Shown: one piece after another, positions 37,828-49,413 of the stretch | Numbering within the stretch: position 1 is the stretch's first letter | Layout of the letters: every line of letters starts with the position of its first letter | Assembly: GCA_026770705.1 (NCBI GenBank) | Contig: JANJGN010000011.1 | Location: forward strand, 113,584,001-113,648,000 | From: Isurus oxyrinchus | Taxonomy: Eukaryota | DNA length: 64,000 nucleotides | Reading direction: 5' to 3' | The notes under the pieces: model-generated | Told to the model about the DNA's origin: nothing | Seen by the model: only the letters and a program-made list of their open reading frames with translations | Databases searched by the model: none | Made by a program: the position numbers and the translations under genes

Positions 37828-40575
37828 GTCCTTCTTACTAACATCTGGGGGGCTAGTGTGAAAATTGGGAGAGCTGTCTCACAGACTAGTCAAGCAACAG
37901 CCTGAGATAGTCATCCTCCACGAATCATACCTTACAGATAATGTCCCAGACTCCACCATCACCACATCTGGGAATGTTCTGTCCCATCGGCAGGACAGGT
38001 CCAGCAGAGGTGGTGGCAGCACAGTGTGATATACAGTTGGGAGGCAGTTGCTCTGGGAGTCCTCAACATTGACTCCGGACCCCATGGCATCATGTCAAAC
38101 ATGGGCAAGGAAACATCCTACTGATTACCAAGTACTGCCCTCCCTCAGCTGATGAATCAGTACTCCTCCATGTTGAACATCACTTAGAGGAAGCACTGTG
38201 AGTGGCAAGGGCACAGAATGTACTCTGGGTGGGGGACTTCAATGTCCATCACCAAGTGTGACTCAGTAGCACCACTACTGACTGAATTGGCTGAGTCCTA
38301 AATGATATAGCTGCTAGATTGGGTCTGCGACAGGTGGTGAAGGAACCAACAAGAGGGAAAAACATACTTGACCTCATCCTCACCATGCCTGCCACAGATG
38401 CATCTGCTCATGACAGTATCAGTAGGAGTGACCACTGCACAGTCTTTGTGGAGACAAAGTCCCGCCTTCACATTGAGGATACCGTCCATCATGTCGATGA
38501 CACTACCACTGAAATAGATTTCGAACAGATCTAGTATCCATGAGGCACTGTGGACCATCAGCAGCAGCAGAATTGTACTCGAACACAATCTGTAACCTGA
38601 TGGCCTGGCATATCACTCACTCTACCATAACCATCAAGCTAGGGGATCAACACTGGTTCAATGTACAGTGCAGGAGGGCATGCTAGGAACAGCACTAGGC
38701 ATACCTAAAAATGAGGTGCCAACCTGGTGAAGCTATAACACAGGACTACTTGCATGCCAAAAGCATTAGCAACAAATGATAGACAGAGCTAAGCGATCCC
38801 ATAACCAATGGATCAAATCTAAGCGCTGCAGTCCTGCCATATCCAGTTGTGAATGGTGGTGGACAATTAAACGTCTCACTGGAGGGGGATGCTCGACAAA
38901 TAACCACATCCTCAATGATGGAGGAGCCAAGCACAGCAGTGCCAAAGATAAGGCTGAAGCATTCGCAAGAATCTTCAGCCAGAAGTGGCGAGAGGATGAT
39001 CTATCTCAGAGGTCGCCAGCATCACAGATGCTAGTCCTCAGCCAATTCGATACACTTCACACGATATCAAGAAATGGCTGAAGACACTGAATACTGCAAG
39101 GGCTATGGGCCTTGACAATATTCCAGCAATAGCACTGAAGACTTGTGCTCCAGAACTTGCCACACCCCCGAGCCAAGTTGTTCCAGTACAGCTACAATGC
39201 TGGCATCTACCCAGCTATTAGAAAATTGCCCTGGTATGTCCTGTACATGAAAAGCGGGACAAATCCATCCCAGCTAATTGCTGCCCCATCAGTCTACTCT
39301 CAATCATCAGTAAAGTAATGGAAGGGGTCAGCAACAGTGCTGTCAAGTGGCACTTATTTAGCAATAACCTGTTCACTGATGCCCAGTTTGGGTTCCGCCA
39401 TTGCCACTCAGCTCCTGACCTCATTGCAGCCTTGGTTCAAACATGGACAAAAGAGCTGAACTCCCGAAGTGAGGTGAGAGTGACTGCACTTGACATCAAG
39501 GCAGCATTTGACTGAGTGTGGCATCAAGGAGCCCTAGCAAAACTGGAGTCAATGGGAATCAGGGGGAAACTCTCCGCTGATTGCAGTCATACCTAGCACA
39601 AAGGAAGATGGTTGTGGTTGTTGGAGGTCAGTCATCTCAGCTCCAGGACATCACTGCAGGAGTTCCTCAGGATAGTGTCCTAGGCCCGATCATCTTCGGC
39701 TGCTTCATCAATGACTACCCTTCCATCATAAGGGCTGCTTCATCAATGACTACCCTTCCATCATAAGGGCAGAAGTGGGGAAGTTCGTTGATGATTGCAC
39801 AATATTCAGCACCATTCGTAACTCCTCAGATACTGAAGCAGTCCATGTCCAAATGCAGCAAGATCTGGACCTTATCCAGGCTTAGGCTGACAAGTAACAT
39901 TCGCGCCACACAAGTGTCATCTCTAACAAGAGAGAATCCAACCATTGTCCCTTGATGTTCAATAGAATTACCATCACTCAGTCCCCCACTATCAACATCC
40001 TGGGGGTTACCATTGACCAGAACTGAACTGGACTAGCCATATAAATACTGTGGCTACAACAGCAGGTTAAAGGCTAGGAATCGTGCAACACGTAACTCAC
40101 GTCTTGACTCCCCAAAGTTTGTCCACCACCTACAAGGCACAAGTCAGGAGTGTGATGGAATACTCCCCACTTGCCTGGATGAGTGCAGCTCCCACAACAC
40201 TGAAGAAGCTGGACACCGTCCAGGACAAGGCAGCCTACTTGATTGGCACCAAATCCACAAACATTCACTCCCTCCACCACCGACGCACAGTAGGAGCAGT
40301 GTGTACCATTATACAAGATGCACTGCAGGAATTCACCAAGGTTCCTTAGACAGCATCTTCCAAACCCACGAAGGACAAGGGCAGCAGATAGATGGGAATT
40401 CCACCATGTCCAAGTCACTCACCATCCTGACTTGGAAATATATCTCTGTTCCTTCACTGTTGCTGGATCAAAATCCTGGAACTCCCTCCTTAACAGCTCT
40501 GCGTGTGTACCTACACCACATGGACTGCAGCGGTTCAAGAAGGCAGCTCACCACCACATTCTCAAGGGCAACTAG
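37828..40575 (+). pseudogene. LINE ORF2: AP endonuclease plus reverse transcriptase, with stops and frameshifts
   Basis: VLLTNIWG, QQPEIVILHESYL, WVGDFNVHH, SDHCTV, QFGFR, ALDIKAAFD, GVPQDSVLGP, FVDD, SLHHRRTV, FKKAAHHHILKGN*. Confidence 0.9.
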
Positions 40576-41569
40576 GGATGAGCAATAAATGCTGGCCCAG
40601 CCAGCGAAGCCCACATCCCGCGCATGAATAGAAAAAATGACAATGAGGCAGTCCATGCCTGCATGCAGCAAGCCTTGGACAACATTCAGGCTGAGGCTGA
40701 CAGGTGGCAAGTAATGTTCACACTACACAAGGGCCAGGCAATGACCATCTCCAACAAGAAAGAATCTAAGTGCCTGCTTGTTTAATGGCATTACCATTGT
40801 TGATACCCTACCATCAACATCCTGGAGGTTACCGTTAACCAGAAACTTAATACACCAGCTGTATAAATGTTGTGGCTACAAGAACATGTCAGAAGCTGGG
40901 AATTCTGTGATGAGTAAATCACCTCTTGACTGCCCAAAGACTATCCACCATCTACGAGGCATTAGTCAGGGGTACGATGGAATACATCCCATTAGCCTGG
41001 ATGAGTGGAGCTTTAGCAACACTCAAAATGCTCAAGACTATCCAGGACTAAGCAGCCCACTTGATCAGCACCCCTTCAACCACTTTAAATATTCACTTCC
41101 TCCACCACTGATGCACGGTGGTAGCACTGTGTACCATCTATAAGATGCATTGCAGCAATTCACCAAGCTCCCTTAACAGCACCTTCCAATCCAGTTACTT
41201 TTACCACTTAGAAGGGCAAGGGCAGCAGATACATGGGAACACAACTACATGAATGTTCTCATGCAAGACAGGCACCATCCTGACTCAGAACTATATTGCC
41301 ATCTCTTCACTGTCACTGGGTCAAATACCTCCATCCCCAACAGCACTATGGTTGTACATGCATCACATGCACTACAGCAGTTCAAGGAGACAGCTCATCG
41401 CCACTATCTACAGGGCAATTATGGATGGACAAAAAATGCTGACCTTGTCAGTGACGCTTATATCCCATGAATTAATTTAAAAGAAAAGGACTTCAAAGCA
41501 TACACCACTAAGGGAATGGGAGCAAGTAGCCACAGAGATCAATTCAAAGAGTCTGGCCCCAAAGGCCTG

Positions 41570-41812
41570 ACTCCAATTTCTCCTCCAAATCGCACAACAT
41601 CCTGACTTGGAACCACATTTCCATTCCTTCATTGTCACTGGGTGAAAATCCTGGTGCACTCTCTCTAGCAGCAATGTCAGTGTACCCACACCACATGGAC
41701 TGAAGCAGTTCAAGAAGTCGGCTCACCATCACCTTCTCAAGTTCAATTAGGGATGTATAATAATTGCTGGCCTTGCTAGCAATGTCCACAACACACAAAT
41801 TAATAAAATAAA
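41570..41812 (+). mobile_element. 3' end fragment of the dominant LINE
   Basis: Matches 40420-40630. Confidence 0.8.
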
Positions 41813-41924
41813 ATGTTAGGAAAGGGGGTTGAGGTAGGATGAAAGAGGTCCATGGGTCATATCATTTGCAGCTTGTACTTCATGCCAGTGGGATGAGGCT
41901 AGCTGTTTATTAGCAGGAGGCTCC

Positions 41925-42285
41925 TTTGTTCATGTTTGACCTGATGACATGATACTTCATGAGGTCTGGAGTCAATGTTGAGGACTCCCAGTGCAACTCC
42001 CATGTGACTGCATACTTGCTGATCCTCTTCTATACCACGCTATTGCCACCTCTTGTAGGTCTATCCTGCCTGCAGGACAAAACATTCCTAGGGATGGTGA
42101 GGAGGCAGTCTAGGACATTGTCAGTGACATATGATTTGCTGAACATGAGTCAGATTCTTGCTTGACAAGTCCTTGGGCCAACTGGGGACAACTTGGGACA
42201 ACTGTCCCAATTTTGGCACAAGTCTGCAGATGTTAGTAAGGAGGACTTTGAAGCATGAGCTGGACTGGGTATGCCTTTATCATGT
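41925..42285 (-). mobile_element. APE N-terminal fragment of the dominant LINE
   Basis: Reverse complement matches 37815-38090. Confidence 0.75.
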
Positions 42286-44344
42286 TTAAGAAAGAGGTTT
42301 AAAATTGATCTTCAAAGACTAAACATGGGCATTGTACAACTCTGTGAAAGTGTGCTCAACTTGTGATCGGCTGGACTTCCAGGTGCACCAATAAGATGAT
42401 GTTACTTGGATCAGTCCATATACAGTTTTCCCTTTTCCGCAAACATGACTGTTTCAGTAAACAGAAGAAACATGAGTTTCAGATTTACATTTTCTTTGAC
42501 ACTGTTGACTTTTTTCTTCAGTAAAGATGCACTTTTAAATGCAAACAATTTTTGCCACAAGTTTTTCATTCAAAATTGCTGATGGTGAGCTTTGTAATGT
42601 TTATTTTGTTAATATAAGAATGTATTTGTACTGTATGTTTAATTTGAAGCACTGTTGTGTTGTCCATTATTGCTTTGGCAGACGTGGCTATGTTCTTCGT
42701 TCTGTACAACTCCTAATGAATAGATGTGGAGAATTGCTGAAAGCTTGCCTGAGGCATCTTTGCAGTATGTGCCTCAACATATTACTGAGTTGGTAAACCT
42801 TGGCTGTTTGCCAGGATTTGCCCATTCTATCCTGGTTATGGGAACCTGAATGTTTTGAAATGCTTCCTTTGTCACTTGTCCACAGACAAGCACTAATAAG
42901 CACCTCATAGAAAATTGAGGGGCACTTTACAGCTTGGAGTGGTTAAATGTGTTTTTTCATTATTTTATGTGCCACCACATTCAAGAGTGAATAAATCCTT
43001 GTGTTCCTTCAGTTGCGTTAACAACAAAACTGGCAAAACTCATTGAGCCATTATCTCCTGCAGCAGCTCATCTAAAGGTATCAGCAATTAGTTAGGCTGC
43101 CCTTGCACATTTGAGCTTTTAAAATTATGTGTTTCAATTTGCTGAAATTGCAAACTGATAATGACGCAGTAGGGGAAGCCAGATATGAGGGACCTAGTGA
43201 ACAGGGCGAGCAACTATACATTACCTTGCCCAATCAGACTGAAGGATTGTGAAATTAACAGCACAAGGACTGAGAAATATGCAGTACACTAGAATGTGTG
43301 AATTCAATTCCAAACTAGTTAAAGAAAGAGAAATCAGGAGAGGGCTAGAAAGGTCGGATTAAGAGAGAGAAAATAGAGGCAGAAAGTAAATGTAAAAAAT
43401 TACATTGTTCAAATTAAACAGCGAAACATTTGTACAAAATTTCAAAATTAAAGATTTAAATATTTTTTTTAAACGTACAATCAATTTTGATTAGAAAAAT
43501 AATTTTCAAAAGTGATATTTATAAAGTCTGGCAAATCATACTTTAAATCATAAACTTCACTTCTTAGCAAGACTTATTGGACTTTTAAAAGGTTTTATTT
43601 TTAAACATTAATCCATTTTAATTTTTAAAAGATTATTTCAGGTCTGGGCCTCCTCATCACATATTGACAAATTGAGAGGAGGCCCTTATGGCTGGAAATA
43701 CAGGATTACAATTTTAAAGTGTAATTAGCCCAAAATCTTGCTGGTCCCAAACTTTCCATTTGAAGTACTGAACCCTCAGCAGTGGCATTGGTTGGGCCAC
43801 CACAATTTACGATTTGTCCATTTACAGAACGTGCACACTCTAAGTTTGTGGAATCTCTCTGGCATCCAGCACTAGTGATGTGTTACAGACACTGCAAAAT
43901 CCAGCCCATTATTCAGTGCTAGATATATTGACTGGTAGCAATTAACACATTTCATGTTGTTACTAGACTGAAATGCACTAAGTTTAACTTCCTGTGGAGA
44001 GTTTAACTTGTATCTACAGTTCAAGTACAGCAATTTCAAGTTTTTCAATGCATTTCAATGGCAAGCCAGACGATTTGCCACTTTTCCGGGGATAACTGTG
44101 ACATAGCTCATTTCATATACCAACTTTTGGATTTCTACATTTAACCATGCACCATTCACCTGGAGCTATTGTAGCATTTGTGCATAAATAACGATGAACA
44201 CGGCTAGCCTCTCTGTTATTTTGACAACAAATTAAATTCTAAGTTATTAACACATAGCTGGTTTATTAGGAAGAAATAAAATAATAAAACCTGAAAATTT
44301 TACATGTAAAAGCTGACATTATGCAAGATTTTAGGCAATCAGAG

Positions 44345-44690
44345 TTTTTAAATAAAAGGTTTTGATGGGGCAGACACAAAGGAGCTATTTCTTTTGGTGA
44401 GAGAATCAAGAATGAGGGGATAATATCTTAAAATCCGAGCTAAGCTGTTCAGGAGGAACAACAGGAAACGCCATTTTGTATAAGGGATGGTAGAAATCTT
44501 GAATTTTATCCCATATATAACTGTGAATGCAATAATTAGAGCTTTCAAATCAGAAATAGTTTTTTCATGTAAAGATGTCAGATTATGGAGCAAAGGTGGG
44601 TGAGAGGTGTTGATGTAAAGATCAACCATTATCAAAGGAATGGCACAATGGACTCAAGGGGCTGAATAGCTTACTGCTGTTCCTTGTGCT
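44345..44690 (+). mobile_element. Old CR1 3' fragment
   Basis: C-terminal remnants plus 'caaggggctgaatagcttactgctgttcct' tail. Confidence 0.65.
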
Positions 44691-47600
44691 CCTGGAGTTC
44701 AGGCCAGATGGGGTCCTGTGTATTGGAAAAGCTACCTCAGTATGTACATTACTTATTTATTTTTTTGCTTCTGCATCTGCAATGCTAGTCACCATTTGAA
44801 TCCAAGATGGCATTTTATTGATGTTTCTATGATCCGTAATTTTCTGAAGCGCTCTCACAGTGAATATCACTTTATGTTCATATTGTCAGATCGCTGAATC
44901 ACCCCTGTCATATACATGTGAAAATGTGAAAACTTAATTTTGTTTGGTTGTAACAGTAATTACCTGAACTAACCCAGCAGAAGCCTGGCAAATCAATTGA
45001 TTTTCAGTTAGTGAAATCAATGCATAATCAATTTTGGAGATTTGTGGTGCGTGAGAACAGATTGTGTGAAAAATTCCATGCTCTGAAAGATTAGTTATCT
45101 ACAGAACATAGTTCCAATAATGAGTGTGTTGCATGTTTTAAATTGCTAACATAATTCATGTAGTCCATGCTGTGTAGAGGTTGTGACTAATGGTCTGATG
45201 TATTTAATAAAAATTCCACTGTCATTGAAACAAAATGAAAATAGAATTAATTTCTCTCCTGTATCACAATTTTAAACCACTGCCTTTTTATATCAAGTCA
45301 GTGAGGTAATAGTTTAATTTTCCAATATTAAATAGCATAGTGTACAGTACAAATATTAACAAGAAGAAAATGTACTAAAATTAAACAGTAACACCAAACT
45401 TGGAGGCAGTTTGAACAGAGAGACAAAATGTATGTGGTTGAAAATGTAGAATTTAATATTATATCAGTATTGGAGGGGAAAAATAGGAAGCCCTGTATAT
45501 TGACTACTGACTTGTTCCTCTCTTGGCTTGCTTGACAATGTTAGTGGGTTACCTCTCAGCCAGGGTTCACACCCCACTCTAGAACTCCTGCACTTAACCT
45601 AGGCCAATATTTCAACAATAGTCATAATTTGCATTTTAAATCTAGAAAACATGCCACTTTCTTCTTTTTAATACACCCTTTCAACTCACACACTATCTGA
45701 TCTGTTTCTTCATTGTAAATGAGTCAATATCCCAGAATTCTGTACCTAGCAACATTCTGGGAGTGCCATCACCAGAAGGATTGCAGAAGTTCATAGGAGA
45801 GCATAAAATATCGTGGTTGCATGGTAATTAAGGTTGGGCCACCATTTGTGCCACCGGACTTGGAGGATTGGGAGGAGGGACCGCTGGTGAGACTTCTCCA
45901 GTGCACTTAAATGCCTGCTGTTGGCTGGCCAAGTCTGCAAAACATATAAGAGCATAGAGATCAGTTTTGAGATCATGGTCCTTAAATACTCTTTTCCTCA
46001 GTCGCTGGAGGCTGAGCTGGCACATTGGAGGTAATCATGAATTTCATCATCTGTCTGCCACCGTTGAGTGGAAGCCGCATTTTTTCAAGATCTCATCATT
46101 GATCTTAATCGACGGGGAAAGGGGTTGTGCTATGGGGGCTGGTTAATGAAAGTTCTTCTGTGCTTCAGAGAAGGAGTTGACAATGACCTGGAGCTCGGTT
46201 TCTGAGTGAGCGCTTACACAAGCATCATTTGTATACTGAAGTTTGTCCCGGACAGGAGACAGGAAAGAAAAAAAAAATAGATATTTCTACGTCAAACTGG
46301 CTACTTTATAAAATTATTATGTTTGTTCTAAAAATGGATAAGGCTTTACTCTGACTAGCTATGGTTTATACCAGAGGAATTTCTAACCATCAGAAACCAG
46401 CAGGGACCTTGCTATCTTTAAAGATACTAATGACCTCTCACTGCCAACAATCAAATTCTGAAGAAATGGGACAGAGAATTCCAGCTCCGAAAATTGGAAA
46501 TGGAGCTAGCAGCTCAGAGAGTGAGAACAGGCAGCTAGCCGTTACAAGGGAAAATCTCTTTCTACCCGGCAGCGTCCCCTATTCCCCTAACCTGGAACCA
46601 CTCTCTGAGGCCCTCAGGTGTGCGAGATTCCTTCCAAAATTTTAAGAGCGTGATATGGAGCCTTGTTTTTACCACCTTTGTGAAAATAGCAGGACAGCTA
46701 AAATAGTCCTCAGAGATCTGGACATTTTTAATTGAAGGGCAGCTGTGAAGGAAATCCCAGGAAGCCTGCTCCATGCTGCCTTCTGAGGCATCCTTAAATT
46801 ATGAGCAGACTAAGGCTGCCATCCGGAGCGCCTATAAGTTAGTCCCTGAGGCATACTGCCAGCAATTCCAGAACACTGTTAAGAAGCCCACACAACCTAC
46901 AATGAGTTTAAATCCTGTTCGACTGATCACTAAAAATCCCACACTCCTATGAGGAACTGCGTGAACTGTGGGAGCAATTCAAAAATTGCTTACCCTCCAA
47001 TCTACAAATACACCTAGAGGAGCAAAGAATCCTCACAGCCATGGGTACAGCAGTCAGAGCAGACAGCTATGACCTCACCCATAGGCCTATAAACTCAGGC
47101 AGACCCTTTCCAAACCATTCCATGAGCATTGGACAGAGAAGCAATTTGGATAGGAAAGGGCCCCCCACTCAGAAAATAAAACACAAAAGAGGATGTGAGA
47201 AGCCCCCGCTACATCCCAAAAGGAGAATTCCCGGAGGCTGGTGTGTTCTCGTTGCAACAAAATAGGCCATTCCAGACACGAATGCTGGAGACTGCGAGGC
47301 AAGCCAGTTGGCCTAGTAGGGTTTCACATGAGTCTCCCCCTGAAGAACGGCCCAATGGGGAATGCAGCACAGCAGGCAGAGCCCCTCGCTACAGAAACTT
47401 ACTCTTCAGAGGGCACGGCACTGTGTGTGTCTGAGCCGGACAAACTCCCAGAGAGTTTCCAGAGTTTTGTCCATTCAGCAGCAGTGTTTCTGTACCCATC
47501 TCAAAATGTGAGCAAGTTCATGGTATTGCTTCAGGACACAGGGGCCACTCAGTCCTTAATGTTGGAGGGAAACTTAAATCTACCCCCCTGAGTCCTTCCT

Positions 47601-49269
47601 GAAGGTTAAAGCACTGATCAGTGGAGTGAGAGGAGGATCTGTGTTTGCACCCCTCCATAAGCTCTGTCTAGAGTGCAACCTTGTTTCAGGCCCTGTTACA
47701 GTAGGAATTGTCCCTAAGCTACCAGTGGCAGGAATCAATTTCCTCCTTGGGAACGATTTAGCCAGGTGCTAGCCAGCAAAAGAAAAAAAGGCCAGTAGAA
47801 ATCTGCGGAAAGCTAGAGAAGGTCCAGAGGTCCAAAAGGGTGGAATAGCAGGCACAGACCTTGAGCAAGAGCGGCTTGAAGAGAGCAAGGATGAAGCCAG
47901 GTCAGTAGAATGAAGCAGGGTCCAAAGAAGGCCCCTAGAATCTGAAATAGATTCTCCAAATATCCTCAAATGAAATAGGGACCAGAGAAGTTCAAAAGCA
48001 GGGAATAAAATAGTGAGGGCGATGCCCTCCCCTGTAGAAAAGCCACCAGGGAGGGTGGCTGGAGCTGCACCACCACTCAAGGGAAGTAGTGTTTCAGAGG
48101 ACATGGGACATGTGAGGAGAATGCCCCCCCCTCCAAAGACAAAGTCCCCAGTCAAGGAGCCAGTGATTGATTTCACTGACCACTTTATGCCAAATTTAAA
48201 TATGGAGGAGGAAAATTCCCGAATTGACCCAGAAAGCATGAGGTGATGCCCCATCTACTTGATAAACCATTCCCAAATGACGCTGAACCTATGATGCAAC
48301 TGACCAGCAGAGGGACCTCAACCAGACTGGACTCCATGCTCACCCATCATCATGCAGAGTTGCAAGAGGACTGGACAGAGTTAGTCAATCCTTTTAAAAT
48401 GATCCATAATACCCACAACCCAGCAACAATCCTGTGGCCATATCAGGTATGGATGCGGGAGAGGCTCTACCAGAAAGCCATCTTCCTGTCATCCTGGCCC
48501 AGAAAGGCTGGCCCAAGTGCAGGGGCCTGTCACTGTGCCAGTATGAATGAGAGAATGTCTGTATACTTCTGCATTTCCAATTCTTTCTTCCCTAAGACAA
48601 CATTGAAAAAATTTAAATGATTTGGAATTTGTTTCATTTTTCTCCAATGGGGGAGATGTGTTCCAGCGGAAGACAGGAAGGAATATATATATATATATAT
48701 ATATGTGTGTGTATATATTTCTACATCAACCTGGCAGTTTTATAACATTATTATTTTTGTTTCAAAAATGGAGAAGGCTTTGCTCTGATTAGCCATGACT
48801 CATACCAGAGGCAAAAACAGAAAATGCTGGAAAAACTCAGCAGGTCTGGCAGCATCTGTGGAGAGAGAAACAGAGTTAACATTTCGAGTCCATATGAGTT
48901 CACTTAATTTTATTTTTATTTTTATTCATTTATTTGTGGTTTTATCCCCTTTTATATCACATTTTCAATTCTTTTTTCCCCTCCAATGCCCCCTCCCCGC
49001 ACCCGATCCCCTAAAGGGCCGTCTGTTATTGTTCCATGTTGCTCTTTCACACAATGTTAACCTTGTTCTGCTATAATCACTTTCTTACCTTTATGCCACT
49101 ATTAGCACCTTAATTTAGTGCTCACCACTACCACTAACACTCCCTTTGTCCTTTAGTTCAAGATATCTTAGTCAATCCTTCCATTGTCCCCACCTATCGC
49201 TGGCCTTCTATCCGGCTCCATCTGCCCCACCCCTTAAACTATAAATTTCATCAGATTTCCACTTCTCTT

Positions 49270-49305
49270 CAGCTCTGAAGAAGGGTCATACGGACTTGAA
49301 ACGTT
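49270..49305 (+). ncRNA. Minimal hammerhead ribozyme motif, copy 1 (stem I 3' arm deleted)
   Basis: CTGAAGA-agggtc-atacg-gactt-GAAAC-GTT. Confidence 0.55.
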
Positions 49306-49373
49306 CCACAGATGCTGTCAGATCTGCTGAGTTTTTCCAGCATTTCCTGTTTTTGTTCTGTATAACTCTTCTT

Positions 49374-49413
49374 CAGCTCTGAAGAAGGGTCATACAGACT
49401 CAAAACATTAACT
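49374..49413 (+). ncRNA. Minimal hammerhead ribozyme motif, copy 2 (core decayed)
   Basis: agct-CTGAAGA-agggtc-ataca-gactc-AAAAC-ATT-aact; G>A changes at CpG positions. Confidence 0.45.

Larger units (their letters stand above)
37405..40637 (+). mobile_element. Apparently full-length ~3.2 kb LINE with a SINE-type tRNA/Deu 5' end and a single APE-RT ORF
   Basis: Head 37405-37720, linker to 37827, APE-RT remnants 37828-40575, tail to 40637; host LINE contiguous across both ends. Confidence 0.88.
37345..41482 (+). mobile_element. Older LINE copy (37345-37404 plus 40638-41482) split by a younger copy of the same family
   Basis: GMFADDCTV..ICNSSD(N) at left continues as (N)EAVHACMQQALDNIQ at 40642. 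Confidence 0.85.

Noticed and set aside
42990-44240. Possible old non-autonomous DNA transposon(s), with a TIR-like aaaatccagccc at ~43896-43907
   Set aside because: No convincing partner TIR or TSD could be assigned.
48682-48718. (AT)n(GT)n microsatellite as a functional element
   Set aside because: Local expansion of an A-rich tract; the other LTR has plain poly-A at 46268.
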